A stretch of DNA of 64,000 bases from Thermoplasmata archaeon (GCA_021792255.1 JAJYUZ010000003.1:224001-288000), one strand, 5' to 3'; counted from the first letter of the stretch, positions 1 to 11,323 are shown. The notes: generated by a model not told the origin, from the sequence alone. Made by a program: numbers and translations.

Positions 1-678
1 GACATTTGAAGCGGTCCCTCCATCCTTAATTATACCGTGCATTACAAAATTTGCATCTCTTCTAACGTGCTGTCGCATCATGTTGACTGCATTGTAGGTG
101 AGTACCGCTGCGTCAAGGGCACTTCTTCCTTCGTTCGGACTTGCCGCTTCATGTGCCGCTTTCCCCCTGAATGTGACCTCAAAGTCTTGAACTGCAAGGG
201 ACTGGTCTCCCACGCTCCATCTATCTCCGGGATGTGAACCTAGGACCAGATCTATATTTCTAAAAGCCCCTCTGTCGGCCATGAGAATCTTGGATCCTGC
301 CCATTCTCCCGAACCTTCTTCGTCTGGGGTACCTATCACGGAAATCGTTCCGTTGGTTATTTTTTCGGATGCCTTAATGGCAGAGAAGACAGCCGAAGAC
401 GCGATCAGGTTGTGACCACAAGCGTGTCCAATGCCAGGGAGGGCGTCGTACTCTGCTAAGAAGGCAATAGATGGTCTACCATTGCCAATCTGTTTCTCTG
501 CCTTGAATGCTGTAGGAATGTCCATGAATCTGTCCTTGATCGTAAAACCGTGTGTTCTTAGTACATTAATTAGAAGCTTAGATGATTCAAATTCTCTGCT
601 TCCTATTTCACTTAACTCGTGAATTCTAATGGCTATGTCCCAATAATCCGTATTTTCAGGTAAAAGATAACCTGACAT
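1..678 (-). CDS. M20-family amidohydrolase/peptidase (AbgB/ACY1L2-like), 5' part; runs off window edge
   Basis: Manual translation from ATG at 678: MSGYLLPENTDYWDIAIRIHELSEIGSREF...AFLAEYDALPGIGHACGHNLIA...GTPDEEG; motifs EYDALP, HACGHN and GTPxEE. Confidence 0.85.
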   Translation of the reverse strand, partial: MSGYLLPENTDYWDIAIRIHELSEIGSREFESSKLLINVLRTHGFTIKDRFMDIPTAFKAEKQIGNGRPSIAFLAEYDALPGIGHACGHNLIASSAVFSAIKASEKITNGTISVIGTPDEEGSGEWAGSKILMADRGAFRNIDLVLGSHPGDRWSVGDQSLAVQDFEVTFRGKAAHEAASPNEGRSALDAAVLTYNAVNMMRQHVRRDANFVMHGIIKDGGTASNV

Positions 679-727
679 AGATTTGCATAAGAACTTAGGT
701 AAAAAGACTTAGTTATTCTGAGACGAG

Positions 728-1522
728 TCAGATGTGATAGAAAGAAATAAAGTAAAGAATTGCAGAAAGGACTCCAAAGGCAATTATGATATATCCCTGA
801 AAAAATCTCAGCGAAGATTGAGGAGCTTTACTAATAACTCTTGAACCCAGAATTCCCCCAATCACAGCACCGATGACCAGCGGAGGAGCGAATAAGATGT
901 TCACGAATCCTGTATAGTAGAAGTGTATTGCCGTTCCTGCGATTGTGACGGGAAACATCGCTGCGATAATACTCGCAAATGCTATTTTCGGCGTGGATCT
1001 CTTTATTGCAGTAAGATACGTTCCCATTATACCCCCTATACCAATGCCTATAAATCCCGACACCAGTCCAGCGATGAAAGAAAGAGCTCCGATATCTGGC
1101 GAGTGAGGAGGACTAACGTAGTGACCTTCAATCCCTCCCCTCGTCTGCGTGCGGGATGAGTATACTGAGAATAAACCGATGCAAATAACAATGATGCTGA
1201 AGATCCCTTTGAAAGTGCTCGGGGATATGTAATTGGTTACCACCGATCCTGCTATCGTCCCTATGACCGCTGCGATTGCCATCACCTCGAACAATCTCAT
1301 ATCCACAAGCCCTTTCCTCGTGTTTTGGATGAGCCCTGAGAGAGAGCTGAACACTATCGTTAGAAGGCTTAGGCCGGCTGCGTCCAGCGGACTGAGCTTG
1401 AACACATAGATCAGGAAAATGACAATAATGACCCCACCACCTATACCTGCAATGTTCCCTATTACGCCAACAATCAAGGCAATTGCAAGCACTATTATGG
1501 CTGTAAGGAAGAGCACTGACAC
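728..1522 (-). CDS. TauE/SafE-family sulfite exporter
   Basis: About 8 TM helices with duplicated GIGGG / GIGIGG motifs. Confidence 0.8.
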   Translation of the reverse strand: MSVLFLTAIIVLAIALIVGVIGNIAGIGGGVIIVIFLIYVFKLSPLDAAGLSLLTIVFSSLSGLIQNTRKGLVDMRLFEVMAIAAVIGTIAGSVVTNYISPSTFKGIFSIIVICIGLFSVYSSRTQTRGGIEGHYVSPPHSPDIGALSFIAGLVSGFIGIGIGGIMGTYLTAIKRSTPKIAFASIIAAMFPVTIAGTAIHFYYTGFVNILFAPPLVIGAVIGGILGSRVISKAPQSSLRFFQGYIIIAFGVLSAILYFISFYHI

Positions 1523-1616
1523 CTCAGGCGTTGCAGATATTTAAGAACGGTCTGCGCAGTCCAGGGGTTCAATTCATCCTTTCTGCCTCCCATCTTTCGC
1601 GTCAAATCGTCTGTGT

Positions 1617-3038
1617 TCATATAAACCCAGCTGCTACGAGCCTATTTATGATCTTACTTCCTACGGTCTTGCTGCTGATTAGTGCGATTGCTATTCCTCC
1701 CAATATGGCGGCGGCAAGCACCGTAATCGTTAAAGCAAGAAATTGCAACCCTAATTCTAGGAAGCCATAGGAGAGAGCGACGAAGAACCATGCCGGTGAA
1801 GCAGGGAGGAGTGTGGCCATCTGCCTCAAATTAAACTGACCGGGCATCATTAGGTCTTCCTTTATTTGAAATGGACTAAGGAAGGCCGATGTGTATACCA
1901 CTATCACGATAAGCGAGGGAATTTCCACCAATAACAGAAGACCAAAATTCAGAGCTTGCAGGTTACCCTGAACTGCAATGAGGAAATTGGACACAGCGAG
2001 TGGAGCAAGGAGTACGGTCATTGAGAGGGATTTGGCCGTTAATTTATCTCTCAAGTAGTGAGTTGGATCACGAGTCATGAAACCTAACCACAGTCTTTCG
2101 TTTCCAAGGACGCCCATCGTGAAAAACATGATGAAAATCACAGAGTAAATGGAAAGGACCATGATGGCTACTTCTGCCTCTTGCAATGGCAATTTTGTGA
2201 TTGAGAATAGGTAATAATATACGGCAGCTAAGACCGCACTAACTATAATTCCATTTTTTAACTTGAATCTTGCTGATCGGTATGCCCCACCACCTCCGAT
2301 AGAGTTCATTCTACCTGCTATTTCTACTGTGAAAAAATTCTCTGCATAAATTGCTTTTATTGGAGTCATCCCGCTAAATCTTCTTGTGTGCTTGACTTGG
2401 CCAGATGTGTACCTCGTAAACGTCTTCATCAGATCAAGATCTACTCTTGAAAGTGATCTGAGTGCTAAGGGCACTGTGACTGCTGCAAGAACTACTGAAG
2501 ACACATCTGCAAAAATGGGATGACCAGTATAAATCGCTGCAGGAGAAAGAGGAAATCCGAAGAAAACGGACAATGACCAAAGTGCAAGTAAAAGTGCCAG
2601 AAGAGCTCTCCACCAAGGTTTCAGCGAGTACGTTATGGGCCCCAACGAAGTCATTGCTAGGATTAGCCCAGTGATGTCAATAAGCGCATAAATGAATACG
2701 GGCTTTAAGTTTGAAAAAGAGTATCCCAATATATAAACGATTATCAGGCCAAAGCTAAGAAATTGCACTATAAAAAGCGAGACTGCAAGGTCCGATCTCT
2801 TTACAGGGAGGGTGAACAGAAAATCTCTGTCTGATTTCAGAACTGCTATTCCGCCACTCAGAATGGGCAGTACTAGGAAGAACGCAAGAAATGCCGGTCC
2901 ATAAATTTCGAATACGTTACCAGAAGGACCAGTTTTAATTGATGTGTAAATCGAAAAGGCAAAAAGTACGATCATCAGAACCAGAAGTTGCTTAGAAAAC
3001 CTGGACATTATAACGAACTTTAGTAGCTTATAGAACAT
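1617..3038 (-). CDS. putative ABC transporter permease
   Basis: Polytopic membrane protein, [11 protein letters not shown] motif, overlaps the upstream ABC ATPase. Confidence 0.65.
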   Translation of the reverse strand: MFYKLLKFVIMSRFSKQLLVLMIVLFAFSIYTSIKTGPSGNVFEIYGPAFLAFFLVLPILSGGIAVLKSDRDFLFTLPVKRSDLAVSLFIVQFLSFGLIIVYILGYSFSNLKPVFIYALIDITGLILAMTSLGPITYSLKPWWRALLALLLALWSLSVFFGFPLSPAAIYTGHPIFADVSSVVLAAVTVPLALRSLSRVDLDLMKTFTRYTSGQVKHTRRFSGMTPIKAIYAENFFTVEIAGRMNSIGGGGAYRSARFKLKNGIIVSAVLAAVYYYLFSITKLPLQEAEVAIMVLSIYSVIFIMFFTMGVLGNERLWLGFMTRDPTHYLRDKLTAKSLSMTVLLAPLAVSNFLIAVQGNLQALNFGLLLLVEIPSLIVIVVYTSAFLSPFQIKEDLMMPGQFNLRQMATLLPASPAWFFVALSYGFLELGLQFLALTITVLAAAILGGIAIALISSKTVGSKIINRLVAAGFI

Positions 3039-3783
3039 CGGTTAACATCCTCGCCACGACACGCTCAATCGACTCTCCCTCTTTTCCCAATTTCTTCAAT
3101 TCTACAAGCGTTCCTTTCCATATGACCACCCCACGTGAGATCATAATTACCTTGTCCGTCAATCTGGTCGCTACTTCCATTATGTGAGTGGACACCAGTT
3201 GCGTCGAATTAAAGCTCTTTAGATAGTCGATGACGTTCTCCTGAGTCGGTATATCGAGATAATTTAAGGGCTCGTCGAGCAAGAGTACTGAAGGCTTGTG
3301 AACGATTGCAAGTGCCAAAGCCAGCTTTTGAACGTTTCCTCTTGATAGACTCCCTACCTTTGATCTTTCATATTCCCTCAGCTGGAGATAGTCGAGAAGT
3401 CTGTCCACTTTATCAGAAACATCCTCTACCCCTCTAAGTGCTCCTATGTACTCCAGATTCTCCCTTACACTGAAAGACCTGTAGGGTGAGGCATCGTCTG
3501 GCAGATAACCCACGATCCTGTGTGCCTCTTCTGAGGATGGAGAAAAGTCCCCAATTCTAGCTTCTCCTGAATTAGGGCTCAGGAGCCCTACTAGGATTTT
3601 AAGAGTTGTTGTTTTCCCTGCGCCGTTGGGTCCCAGGAGAGCATATCTTTCCCCTGGCTCAAGTCTAAAGGTAAGTCCTTTCAATGCCTCAATGTTTCCG
3701 TAATATTTTGAAACACCTTTCAATTCTATTGATGGCGGGGTCATTGATCTTTCCATGAGCTCACTCACTCTCAGCAGAAACAA
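3028..3783 (-). CDS. ABC transporter ATP-binding protein (true start may be near 3756)
   Basis: Walker A GPNGAGKT, signature LSRGN, Walker B LLLDEP, H-loop STH. Confidence 0.9.
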   Translation of the reverse strand: MFLLRVSELMERSMTPPSIELKGVSKYYGNIEALKGLTFRLEPGERYALLGPNGAGKTTTLKILVGLLSPNSGEARIGDFSPSSEEAHRIVGYLPDDASPYRSFSVRENLEYIGALRGVEDVSDKVDRLLDYLQLREYERSKVGSLSRGNVQKLALALAIVHKPSVLLLDEPLNYLDIPTQENVIDYLKSFNSTQLVSTHIMEVATRLTDKVIMISRGVVIWKGTLVELKKLGKEGESIERVVARMLTDVL

Positions 3784-3958
3784 GCCGAGATTCAGTTGAA
3801 GGGAATTCAGAGTTCAGAACAGAAATGACGTTCCATATAGTTAGATATGAATCTGAATAGTTCGTCTGTCCCATTATTCTAAATTTTTCTCGACGATTTA
3901 ACGATTCTGTTCTTTTGTCAAGCCCGTTTACTGTGGTGTCTCTGATTTAAGCGTACAA

Positions 3959-5029
3959 TTATGGGATGCGTCTCCTTCTCGCTAGTCTCTTTGAGACCCC
4001 CCAAACCAATCCAATAACGACACCGATTAAGGATACAAGAAGTATGAAATCTAATAGGGAGAACATGTGTGGTACTTCCAGTGGAACGAGTTCGACGTTG
4101 TGAAGCACTGTTGGATAGGTTTTAGACGTCACCGTGAAATTGTAAAAGTAATTCCAGTATCCTAGAGAAGTCACCTCCATTTCGTATTTATGGCCAGCCG
4201 GTAGGGTTAATGTGAAAACTCCGCCTATTGTAGTAACCTGCTTACCATTCATAAACATAGAGGCTCCGTCAGGCGTCACAGAACCCGTAAAGGTAATTGA
4301 GTATATACTGAACTGAATATTCACTGCTGCACCAGAGCCATCTATTATAATGGTTCCAGTCGTTGGAGAAGTTGTGTAATTCATCGGTACATTGATGGTA
4401 TAAGGATAGGAACCATTTTTTTCCAATAGTAAGATGCTGTCTGATGAGGGAAAACTCGTGATTCCGTTGAATGCAATCGACCACTTAATTCCACTTGGAA
4501 GTCCTGTTTCACGGAACATCACTTGGTATAATCTAGAATACGTTATCGTAATGTTCTCCGAAGCGCCCGATACTGAAAATGAACCTGCGAATGGAGCCAC
4601 CGTGAAGTTGTGTATTAGACCTACGATATAGCCATAACTGCCATTGGGTCTTAGGAAAGTTATTTCGTTCGACAATGATGATTCGTTTGTACCGTTAAGA
4701 GATATATACCAACTGGTCCCGGTGGGGAACCCTCTTTCTATGAAAATGACATCATATTCCTTAGGACTCAAACTTGTCGTTTCTCTGACGTCGCTTAGGG
4801 AAGCAGTCTGTTTGTCTTCTCCACAAAGTTCGCACATTGCGAAACCGTTAGAATAGTCGGTAGGGATTAAATGGTGCGCCCCGGAGTCTCCAATGCTTGC
4901 AATTAAAGGAGGCGAGGGATGCGCATCTAAAATCATTGCCGATCCGGAAGGAACAACGTTTGAACTCGTAGTCATTGAAACGAGACAAAATAGAATAATT
5001 ACCAGGAGTAATTTCTCTTTATCTAGCAT
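3959..5029 (-). CDS. membrane-anchored surface glycoprotein with thermopsin-C-terminal-like repeats
   Basis: Signal peptide, two repeats VxFxExG(F/L)PxGxxWxI, many NxS/T sequons, C-terminal TM followed by RRRR. Confidence 0.6.
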   Translation of the reverse strand: MLDKEKLLLVIILFCLVSMTTSSNVVPSGSAMILDAHPSPPLIASIGDSGAHHLIPTDYSNGFAMCELCGEDKQTASLSDVRETTSLSPKEYDVIFIERGFPTGTSWYISLNGTNESSLSNEITFLRPNGSYGYIVGLIHNFTVAPFAGSFSVSGASENITITYSRLYQVMFRETGLPSGIKWSIAFNGITSFPSSDSILLLEKNGSYPYTINVPMNYTTSPTTGTIIIDGSGAAVNIQFSIYSITFTGSVTPDGASMFMNGKQVTTIGGVFTLTLPAGHKYEMEVTSLGYWNYFYNFTVTSKTYPTVLHNVELVPLEVPHMFSLLDFILLVSLIGVVIGLVWGVSKRLARRRRIP

Positions 5030-5278
5030 AAATTAGTTAAGGATAGTATCGCATAGTTCGTTTATTATATTTTCGATGAAGTTGCAGAAAGCTAACTCTT
5101 GGACCGTTTTCAAATGCTAGATTCAATAAAAGAGGAATTCAAAATAGTGGAGATTCTTTGGTTCTGTTTGATGAATTTACATCATGCTGTTCCAACATTA
5201 AGAGGACACAGAGCAGTTCGAAGTTCATTATTTCTCAAGAAGTTAAAGAGTTTGGCCAAATCAGAATTTCGAAACTAT

Positions 5279-5908
5279 CTATTTCACTTTCTTTACTTTA
5301 TTTTTTCCGTAATCTACAGCTTCTTGATATTTTCCCGTTCGCACGAATTGCCAGAATTTCTCATCGTCCAATAGATTTCCAAAGAGCTCTGAGCTAGCAT
5401 GTTGGCCAATTCCCTTTGCTGACTTCCTTATCTCTTCTATCACGGGCAGAGCGACTGAACACTCCTCGGCCTTCTGCCTCAATTGTTTTCTGATGAACTT
5501 CGAGAATGAGGGGGAACGACCTTCGGTAGACACAGCCACTGTGACGCCATTTGTGGTAAACGCTGCCGGAAATATGAATGGGCTATCAACCCTATCAACG
5601 CTGTTGAAGAGCACTCTTTTGGCATCGCAGTACTTTCGCATCTCATCGTTAAATCTTGCGTCGTCGCTTGCTATTATGACTATAGTATCTCTATTTATAA
5701 AATTCTCCACAGATGATGGCGTGTCTAGATGCAGTACTATCTTTTCCACATCCATACCGTCTATGTATGGGTCGAATTTCTCAGAGATTACAGTAATTTT
5801 GTCGAATTTAGAATGAAGATTTCTCAGCTTAAGTGCTGCAGCCGTGCCGCCACCAATTATTGTGAGCTTTTTTCCGGTAACGTTGAGCATTACAGGTATA
5901 AATCTCAT
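5279..5908 (-). CDS. precorrin-2 dehydrogenase/sirohydrochlorin ferrochelatase (CysG N-terminal / SirC-like)
   Basis: IIGGGxAA Rossmann motif, NSVDR, FIFPA, AVSTEGRSP. Confidence 0.85.
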   Translation of the reverse strand: MRFIPVMLNVTGKKLTIIGGGTAAALKLRNLHSKFDKITVISEKFDPYIDGMDVEKIVLHLDTPSSVENFINRDTIVIIASDDARFNDEMRKYCDAKRVLFNSVDRVDSPFIFPAAFTTNGVTVAVSTEGRSPSFSKFIRKQLRQKAEECSVALPVIEEIRKSAKGIGQHASSELFGNLLDDEKFWQFVRTGKYQEAVDYGKNKVKKVK

Positions 5909-5910
5909 TA

Positions 5911-6771
5911 TTACCTTTCCTTCGATCCGTCTTCGGGTGAACGCCTTGCTAAAATTATGCTATCTAAGGGGTTTTTTAAAGTTCCCCTCAAGTTCGTTGC
6001 AGTAATGAAACCGCTGTCAGTGAGGGCATTGATCACCCTACCTATTACGATGATGCTGGGAGCCTTCACTTCAAACTTATCGACGATTTTTGGAAGGTCA
6101 CTCAGCAGCCCAACGAATATTCTCTGATCTTTCTGGGTACCATTCTCAATTACCGTGACTCCCGTAAACGGGTCCATACCCCTCTCTATGAGATTTCTCG
6201 CTATTTCTAATGAGCTTCCAACGCCCATTAGAACAACTATGGTACCGTCGAACCTCGCAATGTTGTCCCAGTCGTTCTCGATCACAGAATCCTTCCGATG
6301 GCCAGAAATAATAAGGAGAGATGAGGAATAATCTCTGTGAGTCAGGGGGATTCCTATTGCAGTCGCTACAGCTATGGCTGATGTCAGGCCAGGGACAACC
6401 TCGTATGGAATGTTCTTCTTCTTCAGGAATTCTATCTCTTCGCCCCCTCTACCAAATATGAATGGATCTCCGGACTTGAGCCTGACAACGTTCTTCCCCT
6501 GTCTGTAATACTTCAGCACGAGTTCGTTTATTTTTTCCTGCTTAAAAGATGATTCAAGTCCGTGACTTGTCCCGACACATACCTTCTCGCAGGTATTGGG
6601 TACGAGTTTCACTATCTCGTAGCTGACCAGCCTATCGTACAAGAGAACGTCGCATTTTTTGATCAGTTTCGTGGCTTTGACAGTAAGATATTCTGGGTTA
6701 CCTGGGCCAGCACCGACCAAGTACACTTTCCTGGATCTCTTACCGGATTTTCCGGACTTATTTGCCTTCAT
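5911..6771 (-). CDS. cobA: uroporphyrinogen-III C-methyltransferase
   Basis: LVGAGPG, LYDRLV, RLKSGDPFIFGRGGEE, PGLTSA, PLTHR. Confidence 0.93.
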   Translation of the reverse strand: MKANKSGKSGKRSRKVYLVGAGPGNPEYLTVKATKLIKKCDVLLYDRLVSYEIVKLVPNTCEKVCVGTSHGLESSFKQEKINELVLKYYRQGKNVVRLKSGDPFIFGRGGEEIEFLKKKNIPYEVVPGLTSAIAVATAIGIPLTHRDYSSSLLIISGHRKDSVIENDWDNIARFDGTIVVLMGVGSSLEIARNLIERGMDPFTGVTVIENGTQKDQRIFVGLLSDLPKIVDKFEVKAPSIIVIGRVINALTDSGFITATNLRGTLKNPLDSIILARRSPEDGSKER

Positions 6772-6783
6772 GATACATCAATC

Positions 6784-8187
6784 TTAAGGCACGATTGCCT
6801 TGTAGACAAGGTCCATTAATCCGGAATAGGCAAGGGCCTGGTCGTGTTTCTTATTAAGGCGCGGAAGAGTGTGACTAAGTTGTGCTTTACAAATAGCGCA
6901 GGGTCTTATCACGTGTGTACCGCCAACAGATATGGCGTCCTCATACCATAACTTAGCATATTCTGTTCTCAATGGAAGCAGTTCATCACTGAGCAGACCG
7001 CCTCCACCTCCGCAACACCACGTTCTTTCTCTTGAATGTGGAGAGTTTTGATAACTACTTACCACACTAGATAGTACAGATCTTGGTTCATCAATCAGGT
7101 CCCCTCCTCTTGCATAATTGCAGGGGTCTTGGTATACGTAGGAGGGCCCATCGTTATTTTTGGGCTCTAGTTTTATTTTTGCACTTTCGATAGCATCCTC
7201 TACAAGATGGAACACGTGCAGCCCAGATAATCCTTTTTTCTCCAGTTCTGGAATTACATAATTCTTGAACGCTCTCCAACCGTGTCCACACTCTCCCGCA
7301 ATAACTGCTTTGACCCCAAGTTCCAGTGCGACATTCACCACGTGATTCCCTATTTCCCTGAGATGTTTCGCATCCGTAAACAGACCAAAATTTGCAAGCT
7401 CAGCGTGCTTAGTTGTGAACGTATAATCGAATCCTATGGAATGAAAAAATAACATGTACCCTTTCAGTGTTTCTATGTTACTAAAGAAATCAGCAGAAGG
7501 AGGAATAAACATTGCATATGCGGGTTGATCGATTTTTGGAATCACTTTTACTCCCTTTTCTTCTAAGATCTCGTCTCTGGCAAATTCTATAGTGGATTTT
7601 AGTGCGGCGGGCGGGAGAGCCATGTTGTTTCCAGTCCTTTCCACATTACCAATGACTACTGCGGTATATCTCGATATTTTACCCATATCGTACAGAACTG
7701 ACCTAATCGTTCTGGTAACATCTGCCTGGTCTATACCAAAAGGGCAGATTTCTCCACATCTCCTGCACTCTAGGCACTGATAATAGTAGGTCGAAACGTC
7801 CTCTAAGGATTTGTTGTTTAACTCCCTCGCTCCAACCGCTTTCTTAAATATCTTTCCAGAAAGTTTGGTCGATTTTAGGAGCCCCCTAATCAAATCGGCT
7901 CTTCCGACTGGAGAGTTGTATGTATCTTCAGTAGTTAAAAAAGTGGGACAGGCATTAAGACAGGCTCCGCAATGCACACACGCATCTATAGCGAGTTTGA
8001 CGTTCCTATTCCGTTTAACTTCTCTCTTTACGTTCTCTACAAAAAAATCCACTTGATTTTGATTTGGGGTCTGCGTGTGACCAACCTTATCGTAAAGCGC
8101 ATTTACGAGCTTTTCGTCAGCCCAGAGAGATTCAAAATTTGAAGTGTCTCCTTTCCTAAACTCTATTTCGTGCGGTATTGTGTTCAC
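6784..8187 (-). CDS. dsrK: DsrK, Fe-S/CCG-domain subunit (DsrC trisulfide reductase)
   Basis: CVHCGACLNAC and CLECRRCGEIC ferredoxin motifs; ECGH, QDPCN, WCCGGGGG and PCAIC; directly after dsrM. Confidence 0.88.
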   Translation of the reverse strand: MNTIPHEIEFRKGDTSNFESLWADEKLVNALYDKVGHTQTPNQNQVDFFVENVKREVKRNRNVKLAIDACVHCGACLNACPTFLTTEDTYNSPVGRADLIRGLLKSTKLSGKIFKKAVGARELNNKSLEDVSTYYYQCLECRRCGEICPFGIDQADVTRTIRSVLYDMGKISRYTAVVIGNVERTGNNMALPPAALKSTIEFARDEILEEKGVKVIPKIDQPAYAMFIPPSADFFSNIETLKGYMLFFHSIGFDYTFTTKHAELANFGLFTDAKHLREIGNHVVNVALELGVKAVIAGECGHGWRAFKNYVIPELEKKGLSGLHVFHLVEDAIESAKIKLEPKNNDGPSYVYQDPCNYARGGDLIDEPRSVLSSVVSSYQNSPHSRERTWCCGGGGGLLSDELLPLRTEYAKLWYEDAISVGGTHVIRPCAICKAQLSHTLPRLNKKHDQALAYSGLMDLVYKAIVP

Positions 8188-8962
8188 CTTCCTCGTCGAT
8201 TCTTAGCATATACGCTTCCGTCTCCTTAAATCTCTTTATTTTGAAACTCGTCTTCGTTATAGTTGGCTGAAACAAGTATGCAACTATATGGATTATTTTT
8301 CCGAATGGGATGTACGCTATGAATACAAAGGCTAAGGTTATGTGGATCGCTGTTACCGGACTGACTTGGGTCATCGTGGCTATTTCAGGCCTGAACTCTA
8401 CTATGGAGGTAAGCCAAGGCGAAACGGTAGAAATGAAATCGGGTCGTATATAGAGCGTCTGTGTAAGCCCGAGTATAATCAGCGCCAGAAGCATTGAGAT
8501 TGCAAAATAATCGTCTAAGTAGCTTATGCGCCTCACTTTCTTTACTTGTAATCTCCTCGCAGCAAGAATTAGGATACCGATAAAAGCGCTGATGCCAGCA
8601 CTTCCACCCATGTAGAGCGCTACCATCATATGAAATTGGATGGAGACGGGTAAGGGAACGACCATGGCAAGATGTCCCAGCAGTGAGAACCAGATTCCAT
8701 AGTGAAACAAAATCGATCCGACGATGAGCGTTCTGTCTTTTTCCATTTTTGGGAGAGTATAAAAGAGAAAAACTCTTTTGGCCAGGTCTTTCACTATCGA
8801 AAAAAGACTGAATGTACCGGGAACTATAGCGACAGTCTTTAACTCCGTTAAACCCTTGGCAGAGATCCAGCTGGCTATTCTGTATATGAATCCGACAAGA
8901 AAAATAGCAATTGCACTATAAGGAAGGAAAATAAATAAAATACTTGCGAGTAGATTGTTCAT
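8156..8962 (-). CDS. dsrM: DsrM, NarI-like diheme cytochrome b membrane subunit
   Basis: 5-6 TM; four His in FHYGI, LGHL, AIHIT and IIHIV; IPFGK motif; lies between dsrB and dsrK. Confidence 0.88.
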   Translation of the reverse strand: MNNLLASILFIFLPYSAIAIFLVGFIYRIASWISAKGLTELKTVAIVPGTFSLFSIVKDLAKRVFLFYTLPKMEKDRTLIVGSILFHYGIWFSLLGHLAMVVPLPVSIQFHMMVALYMGGSAGISAFIGILILAARRLQVKKVRRISYLDDYFAISMLLALIILGLTQTLYIRPDFISTVSPWLTSIVEFRPEIATMTQVSPVTAIHITLAFVFIAYIPFGKIIHIVAYLFQPTITKTSFKIKRFKETEAYMLRIDEEGEHNTARNRV

Positions 8963-8970
8963 AATGATCT

Positions 8971-10080
8971 TTACCGAACGGGAAACTGCCTAATCCCGAA
9001 CTCGGAACTTACGAACTCAGTGTTGTTCCACCTTGTTACAGGAATATCAAGTGCTTTTTGAAATTCCCTTAATCCAATTCTCCGCACATAGTCTGCGAGC
9101 CTTTCACCCGCCACAGCATTCCCCTTCCACATATCTATGATCTTCTGTAGAACCGCGACGACTTCACGATAATTTGGTGGGCTTATTGGAATCCAAGGGA
9201 TGAGGACCATTGCAAGATTCTGTCCTCTTCCAGTGTTGCTACTCTTGCCTCCGACCAATATCGAGATTCCGATTTTTGTGGTATCAAATGTGATGTAATC
9301 GCAGACATCCTTGCAACGACCACAGGCTATGCATTTTTCGCGATTGATTTGAATGCCGACGGTGTCATCGTCCTTTTTGAAAGCGGATATACATTTCATC
9401 GGGCAGACCATGACAACTTCAGGAACAGCAACCTCTAATGCCTTCGCACTTCTGGGGAGGCATAAACCTATTTTCTGTGGATCGAAAGAAGGAGCATCGC
9501 CGTAATGGCCCACAACTACTATATCAGACGTGAGTCCACCACAGGCCGTAGGACATCCTGCAACACTAATCCTCAATTTGGCGGGAATACTTTCCTCATC
9601 AGTAAAATATTTTCCAAATTGATCGTAGAGGACTTTTGTGATAGAAGAAGAGTCTGCGACTGCCGTGGTACAGGAAAGGTACGCTGTGCACGACCCAATG
9701 GACCATAATGAATTACGCCACCCTCCTGCGTGAAATCCCATTTTTTCTATCTCATTTTTGATCAGCAAAGACTTTTCAAGACTGTCGGAGATAAATTCCA
9801 CATTTCCCGATCTTGTGAACCTCAGAGTCCCAATTCCAAATTTATCCTCTATATCAGCAAACACCCTGAGGGTATTAGAGCTAAATCTAGCATTTGGCGG
9901 GCTTCCGACCTTAATCGTAAACAAATGATCGCCTTTTTCAGAAATGTGTTCGATTATTCCGCCGCCGTGGAATTTTCTATCTGCCCATTTACCCAGATTA
10001 CTCTTAATTTCCTCTGGAAGCGAGTCCGTGTATGGCACTGGCAATCTTTTTTTCATTCTTTCTGATAAGTTTGTTGACAT
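8971..10080 (-). CDS. dsrB: dissimilatory sulfite reductase beta subunit
   Basis: RFTRSGNVEF, CTAYLSC (CX5C), GCPTAC (CX3C), CIACGRC, GGKSSN, GERLADY. Confidence 0.9.
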   Translation of the reverse strand: MSTNLSERMKKRLPVPYTDSLPEEIKSNLGKWADRKFHGGGIIEHISEKGDHLFTIKVGSPPNARFSSNTLRVFADIEDKFGIGTLRFTRSGNVEFISDSLEKSLLIKNEIEKMGFHAGGWRNSLWSIGSCTAYLSCTTAVADSSSITKVLYDQFGKYFTDEESIPAKLRISVAGCPTACGGLTSDIVVVGHYGDAPSFDPQKIGLCLPRSAKALEVAVPEVVMVCPMKCISAFKKDDDTVGIQINREKCIACGRCKDVCDYITFDTTKIGISILVGGKSSNTGRGQNLAMVLIPWIPISPPNYREVVAVLQKIIDMWKGNAVAGERLADYVRRIGLREFQKALDIPVTRWNNTEFVSSEFGIRQFPVR

Positions 10081-10083
10081 TCT

Positions 10084-11304
10084 TCACTCCCCGTACTCCT
10101 TTACAATATTGTCTACCCATTTAGAGTAACCTTCTCTCTCTTCATCAGTCAGTACTGCACTGGCAATTATTCTTTGTTGTCCAGTTGGATGCCCTTCAAT
10201 TTCAGTCGGAAGACTGCTGCTGACTGCTTCCACTGTTTTGGAGAATCCTGATTTGAAAAGCATGTCTCCTATCCTGTCTTTGTGGGGAGAGCCATCTTCC
10301 CAGATGCTGATTATCTTCATTATGAATTCCTTAGCCTGGGCATAATCATCCAGAATTGATACAGGCTTTCCCATTTTTGGACCAAACCTTCCCTTTATAT
10401 TTCCACCTGCCAGAAGTGCAACTTTTCTGTTCTTTCCTGGTTTAATGGCAGGGAAGGCATACCTTATGCAGTTCATGGATTTTTTGCACTTTTCAGAATC
10501 TATTTTGATTCCTCCTGATTCTCGATTTTCAGATATTGCACCTGATGGACATTCCTTGATTAAACGTTCTATCTTCAGATCATCCTTCCTTATCTTGTCT
10601 TGAAGTAAACCCCAGTCAACATCTGGACTCCCCTCCCACGTTCCAATGAATCCGAAATCAGCCCTGTGAGACGCCCTCGCACAGTCCATAGGACATCCGC
10701 TGAATTTGAGTTTCACCTTGAATGGGAATAACTGATTCGAAAGGTTGTTGTATATCGGTTCATAAGTCATGTAATGGTCCCTTGCTTGGAGGGTGTCGTA
10801 TAAAGAATATTCGCACAGTGCAGGGCCGACGCAAGATGCAAAATCCCTGTAAGTATCGCCCGTATCTCCAACATCTGTTCCTAGGTTCCTTATTGCATCA
10901 ATTGCCTCATCAGCCCTTTCCGGATTCATTGAAATTATCATCCCTCCTGTCTGTCCGATAACTTCTATGAGACCTAGTCCGTACTCATCAGAAAAATCAA
11001 GAATTTTCCTTAACATTTCTGTTCTGTAGAATTGTCCGGAAGGATGATAAATTCTGAAGTGAAGTTCTGAGTCTTTTCCGTCCTTGGTCCGTCTGGCTAT
11101 AAAACCAGTATAGACATATCTTATCTTTGCCGACCCTCCATACCATTGAGTTTCGCCAATGGCTAGTCCACTGGAGTACGCCCTTATAGGATACTTAGTT
11201 TTCTTGATTTCTGTAACGTGACTTGGCCATTTCCCACTCTCCAAATATTCAAGAATTTTAGCACCTTTATCAGAGATGGCGATGTCTTTGTCATTTACAG
11301 TCAT
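10084..11304 (-). CDS. dsrA: dissimilatory sulfite reductase alpha subunit
   Basis: LESGKWPSHVTEIK, HPSGQFY, CVGPALC (CX5C), FPFKVKLKFSGCPMDC, IGTW. Confidence 0.92.
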   Translation of the reverse strand: MTVNDKDIAISDKGAKILEYLESGKWPSHVTEIKKTKYPIRAYSSGLAIGETQWYGGSAKIRYVYTGFIARRTKDGKDSELHFRIYHPSGQFYRTEMLRKILDFSDEYGLGLIEVIGQTGGMIISMNPERADEAIDAIRNLGTDVGDTGDTYRDFASCVGPALCEYSLYDTLQARDHYMTYEPIYNNLSNQLFPFKVKLKFSGCPMDCARASHRADFGFIGTWEGSPDVDWGLLQDKIRKDDLKIERLIKECPSGAISENRESGGIKIDSEKCKKSMNCIRYAFPAIKPGKNRKVALLAGGNIKGRFGPKMGKPVSILDDYAQAKEFIMKIISIWEDGSPHKDRIGDMLFKSGFSKTVEAVSSSLPTEIEGHPTGQQRIIASAVLTDEEREGYSKWVDNIVKEYGE

Positions 11305-11323
11305 TATCGCTCACCTTCCGTTA

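Noticed and set aside
1555-1580. GGGGTTCAATTC resembling a tRNA T-arm / att site for the dsr island
   Set aside because: Wrong strand relative to tRNA-Asp, no stem and no extended identity
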